In this document: in pieces, positions 62,025 to 64,000 of the stretch
How the letters are laid out: every line of letters starts with the position of its first letter
Position numbering within the stretch: the first letter of the stretch is position 1
Origin: a virus
Taxonomy: Duplodnaviria; Caudoviricetes
Reading direction: 5' to 3' (one strand)
Virus record (IMG/VR): IMGVR_UViG_3300028653_000015
Location: 1-64,000 of that record
DNA length: 64,000 nucleotides
Notes under the pieces: generated by a model
Seen by the model: only the letters and a program-made list of their open reading frames with translations
Told to the model about the DNA's origin: nothing
Databases searched by the model: none
Position numbers and translations under genes: made by a program

Positions 62025-64000
62025 CCTCTAGATGAATCCTGGATGATATTGATGCTGCCCTCAAAGAAGGTAGACAGCTTTCCCTTGGACACGGAGTTGT
62101 AAGATCTGTCGACAGAGATGTTCCTGTATTCGTCGTATGCTACAGCCAACAGTGTGATAGGACTGGTGACAGAAGAGGCCCCACGTCTGGAAGCTTTATC
62201 CTGAATGACAGAGGCTACTACTCTCTCATTTGGGGTGAGAGCATCTAGATAGGACAAAACGTCCGCAGTGACTACATCTGCACTAGAACCGCCTACATAG
62301 TGCATATCGAAGTTGATGTAGGTTGGGAACAGATGACGAACAAGGATACTGGCGGTAAGAACTCTATCTAGATCTGAGGAGGCGAAGGATTGTATGTCTG
62401 CCACTATGCCGGCCTGCTCGTATTCGATCTGAATGTTACTGCCAGCAAGTTGTATCTTGTTCTCTGGACTGTCTGTCTCACCCACCTCCAGCATGCTGGG
62501 AGTGAGGATCATACTTAGTTGCTCCTGTGTGGAGTAGGACAGGTTACTGTCTGCTACCTCCAGTCTGTAGCCATCGGATGTGTGACCAGTGACAAAGAAC
62601 ACGAGACCTTCTGGTATGTTCCATAGGTCACCAGAACCATCCGAGATCAACTCGATATCAACGTATCTAAGCCCACTCTCTACCTGCTTGCTCATGTCTG
62701 TAGAGGAGATTCGTTGTACTCCCTGACGTAGTACTCGAAAGTGGTTGGCCTGCTCAAAGTATCCGGTAGTTGGTACGAGTGGTGGGTTACTATCCATATC
62801 CTGTATCTCAATCTGAAATCCCCTAGTCGGATCATAGGGGTTTGCATTGAGACTGATTACCTTGTACAAGCCCTGTGTGTTGCTTTGATGAAAGAAGGAC
62901 TCGTTATTTACAGTTGTTTGACCAGGTGGAGGTGTGAACCCCAGTATAGAGTTAGCCGTTCCAGTAGACAGTATGACTATGGGCACGTCTGCCTCAAGCA
63001 TCAAGTACTGTGAATCACTGTAGTTCGTGATGAAGGCTATATCTACACCAACAGCTTTATTGATCTCGCTAGCAACCACATCGGTTGTGGTTGCATTGAC
63101 GGAGAATGTGATCGTAGTTTTCTTGTCATCTACCTTTAGTATGAGTGTGTAGTTAACGAGTGCAGTAGGAGTGTCCGCTAGCAAAGCCTTAACATCGGTC
63201 ACACCCTGTAGAGGCTGATACGTTATCTGGATCAAGTCTCCTACTTGCACGCCCATAGCTACAAAGTCTATCACTGGGCTTCTGTTGTCATATCCCAGAA
63301 TGCTTGCAAGCACTTCCGATGTTACAAAGCCAGAAGTTGGTCCTGAGGTGATGGTCAGGTTGTTGGGTATTACGGTGTTTCCGGCTTCTGGAATCAGGGT
63401 ATGCCTCAGCGAAGGGTCTGGAATGAATCCCAACTCCGCCCCATTGATCGTAGTGGTAAAGCGAGTTACGGCTGGTTCATTTTCCGCTATGGTACCGCCA
63501 TCTATACTTGTACCTACAGCAGCTGCATTTGCTGGGAAAACCGAAGAGCTCTTCAGAGCAGGTCTGTACGCACCACGAGCTTCGAATGAGGTTGGGTCCA
63601 AGAAGTAGACTCTGGCTGTACCTGTAGATCTACTGCCGATGCTCAGCTCCACACCCATATCTGGCTGCAGGAAACGAACAGTACCAGTTGTCTCATCGAA
63701 ACCAGTGACCATGATCTTATGGTTCACATCGTCAATCACCACAAAGTAGTAGTTGCCGACATTCAGACCTGAGGTTATGGACACTACGTCGAGTGCTGGA
63801 CGAAGGTCATACTCAGGGGCTTCCCATGGAAAGGACAAATCTGATGCATGACGTATCTGGCGGCTGTCATCTCCGCCAGTTAGGCCCAAAGAGACACCAG
63901 CTGTAGTTGTGATTCGTATCCATCTATCACTTGAACGCAGAGTCAGATATTGCTCTTCATTATCTCCGATGAAAGTCCCAGCTAGATGTGGGGTTGCAGT
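62021..64000 (-). CDS. Baseplate wedge (gpJ/gp6-like) protein, C-terminal part; starts beyond the window
   Basis: Frame is open to the window edge; C-terminal IQSFASSDLDRVLTASILVRHLFPTYI resembles baseplate-J C-termini; beta-rich body. Confidence 0.55.
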   Translation of the reverse strand, partial: TATPHLAGTFIGDNEEQYLTLRSSDRWIRITTTAGVSLGLTGGDDSRQIRHASDLSFPWEAPEYDLRPALDVVSITSGLNVGNYYFVVIDDVNHKIMVTGFDETTGTVRFLQPDMGVELSIGSRSTGTARVYFLDPTSFEARGAYRPALKSSSVFPANAAAVGTSIDGGTIAENEPAVTRFTTTINGAELGFIPDPSLRHTLIPEAGNTVIPNNLTITSGPTSGFVTSEVLASILGYDNRSPVIDFVAMGVQVGDLIQITYQPLQGVTDVKALLADTPTALVNYTLILKVDDKKTTITFSVNATTTDVVASEINKAVGVDIAFITNYSDSQYLMLEADVPIVILSTGTANSILGFTPPPGQTTVNNESFFHQSNTQGLYKVISLNANPYDPTRGFQIEIQDMDSNPPLVPTTGYFEQANHFRVLRQGVQRISSTDMSKQVESGLRYVDIELISDGSGDLWNIPEGLVFFVTGHTSDGYRLEVADSNLSYSTQEQLSMILTPSMLEVGETDSPENKIQLAGSNIQIEYEQAGIVADIQSFASSDLDRVLTASILVRHLFPTYINFDMHYVGGSSADVVTADVLSYLDALTPNERVVASVIQDKASRRGASSVTSPITLLAVAYDEYRNISVDRSYNSVSKGKLSTFFEGSINIIQDSSRG

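Noticed and set aside
1-64000. Stop-codon reassignment, as in some large phages
   Set aside because: Core genes are full length in the standard code, and TAA, TAG and TGA all end genes at sensible operon junctions.
1-64000. tRNA, tmRNA or rRNA genes
   Set aside because: No cloverleaf with a T-loop consensus and acceptor stem was seen in any intergenic gap by eye; tRNAscan-SE/ARAGORN would be decisive.

Overview
This 64-kb window (about 50% GC, standard genetic code) is part of a large tailed, myovirus-like phage genome, not a bacterial chromosome. The minus strand carries virion genes: the major capsid protein (partial), decoration and scaffold-like proteins, an HK97/assemblin-type prohead protease, an intein-containing large terminase, a gp5/VgrG-like spike, the portal, baseplate and fibre proteins, and many head proteins studded with a K-x-A motif. 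Inside these virion genes sits a 2059-aa single-chain fusion of RNA polymerase beta and beta'. The plus strand carries a roughly 19.5-kb replication and recombination block (SF2 helicase, family 4 UDG, Nudix, nucleotidyltransferase, Hfq/Sm-like protein, DnaB, DnaG, SSB, PolA, HU, RecA, Cas4-like nuclease, ThyX, RusA) plus small islands of orphan genes. Two promoter classes are visible. A phage-specific AAAWW-N(12-14)-GGGTATAAG motif precedes six plus-strand units. Sigma70-type TTGAC(A/C)-N18-TA(C/T)NAT promoters precede three virion operons. Together these suggest, by inference, a virion-packaged fused RNAP that transcribes early genes while host RNAP transcribes late genes. Other signals are a candidate programmed -1 frameshift outside the tail-chaperone context, candidate structured RNAs and hidden small ORFs. 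All family assignments come from motif recognition by eye; no database search was run.
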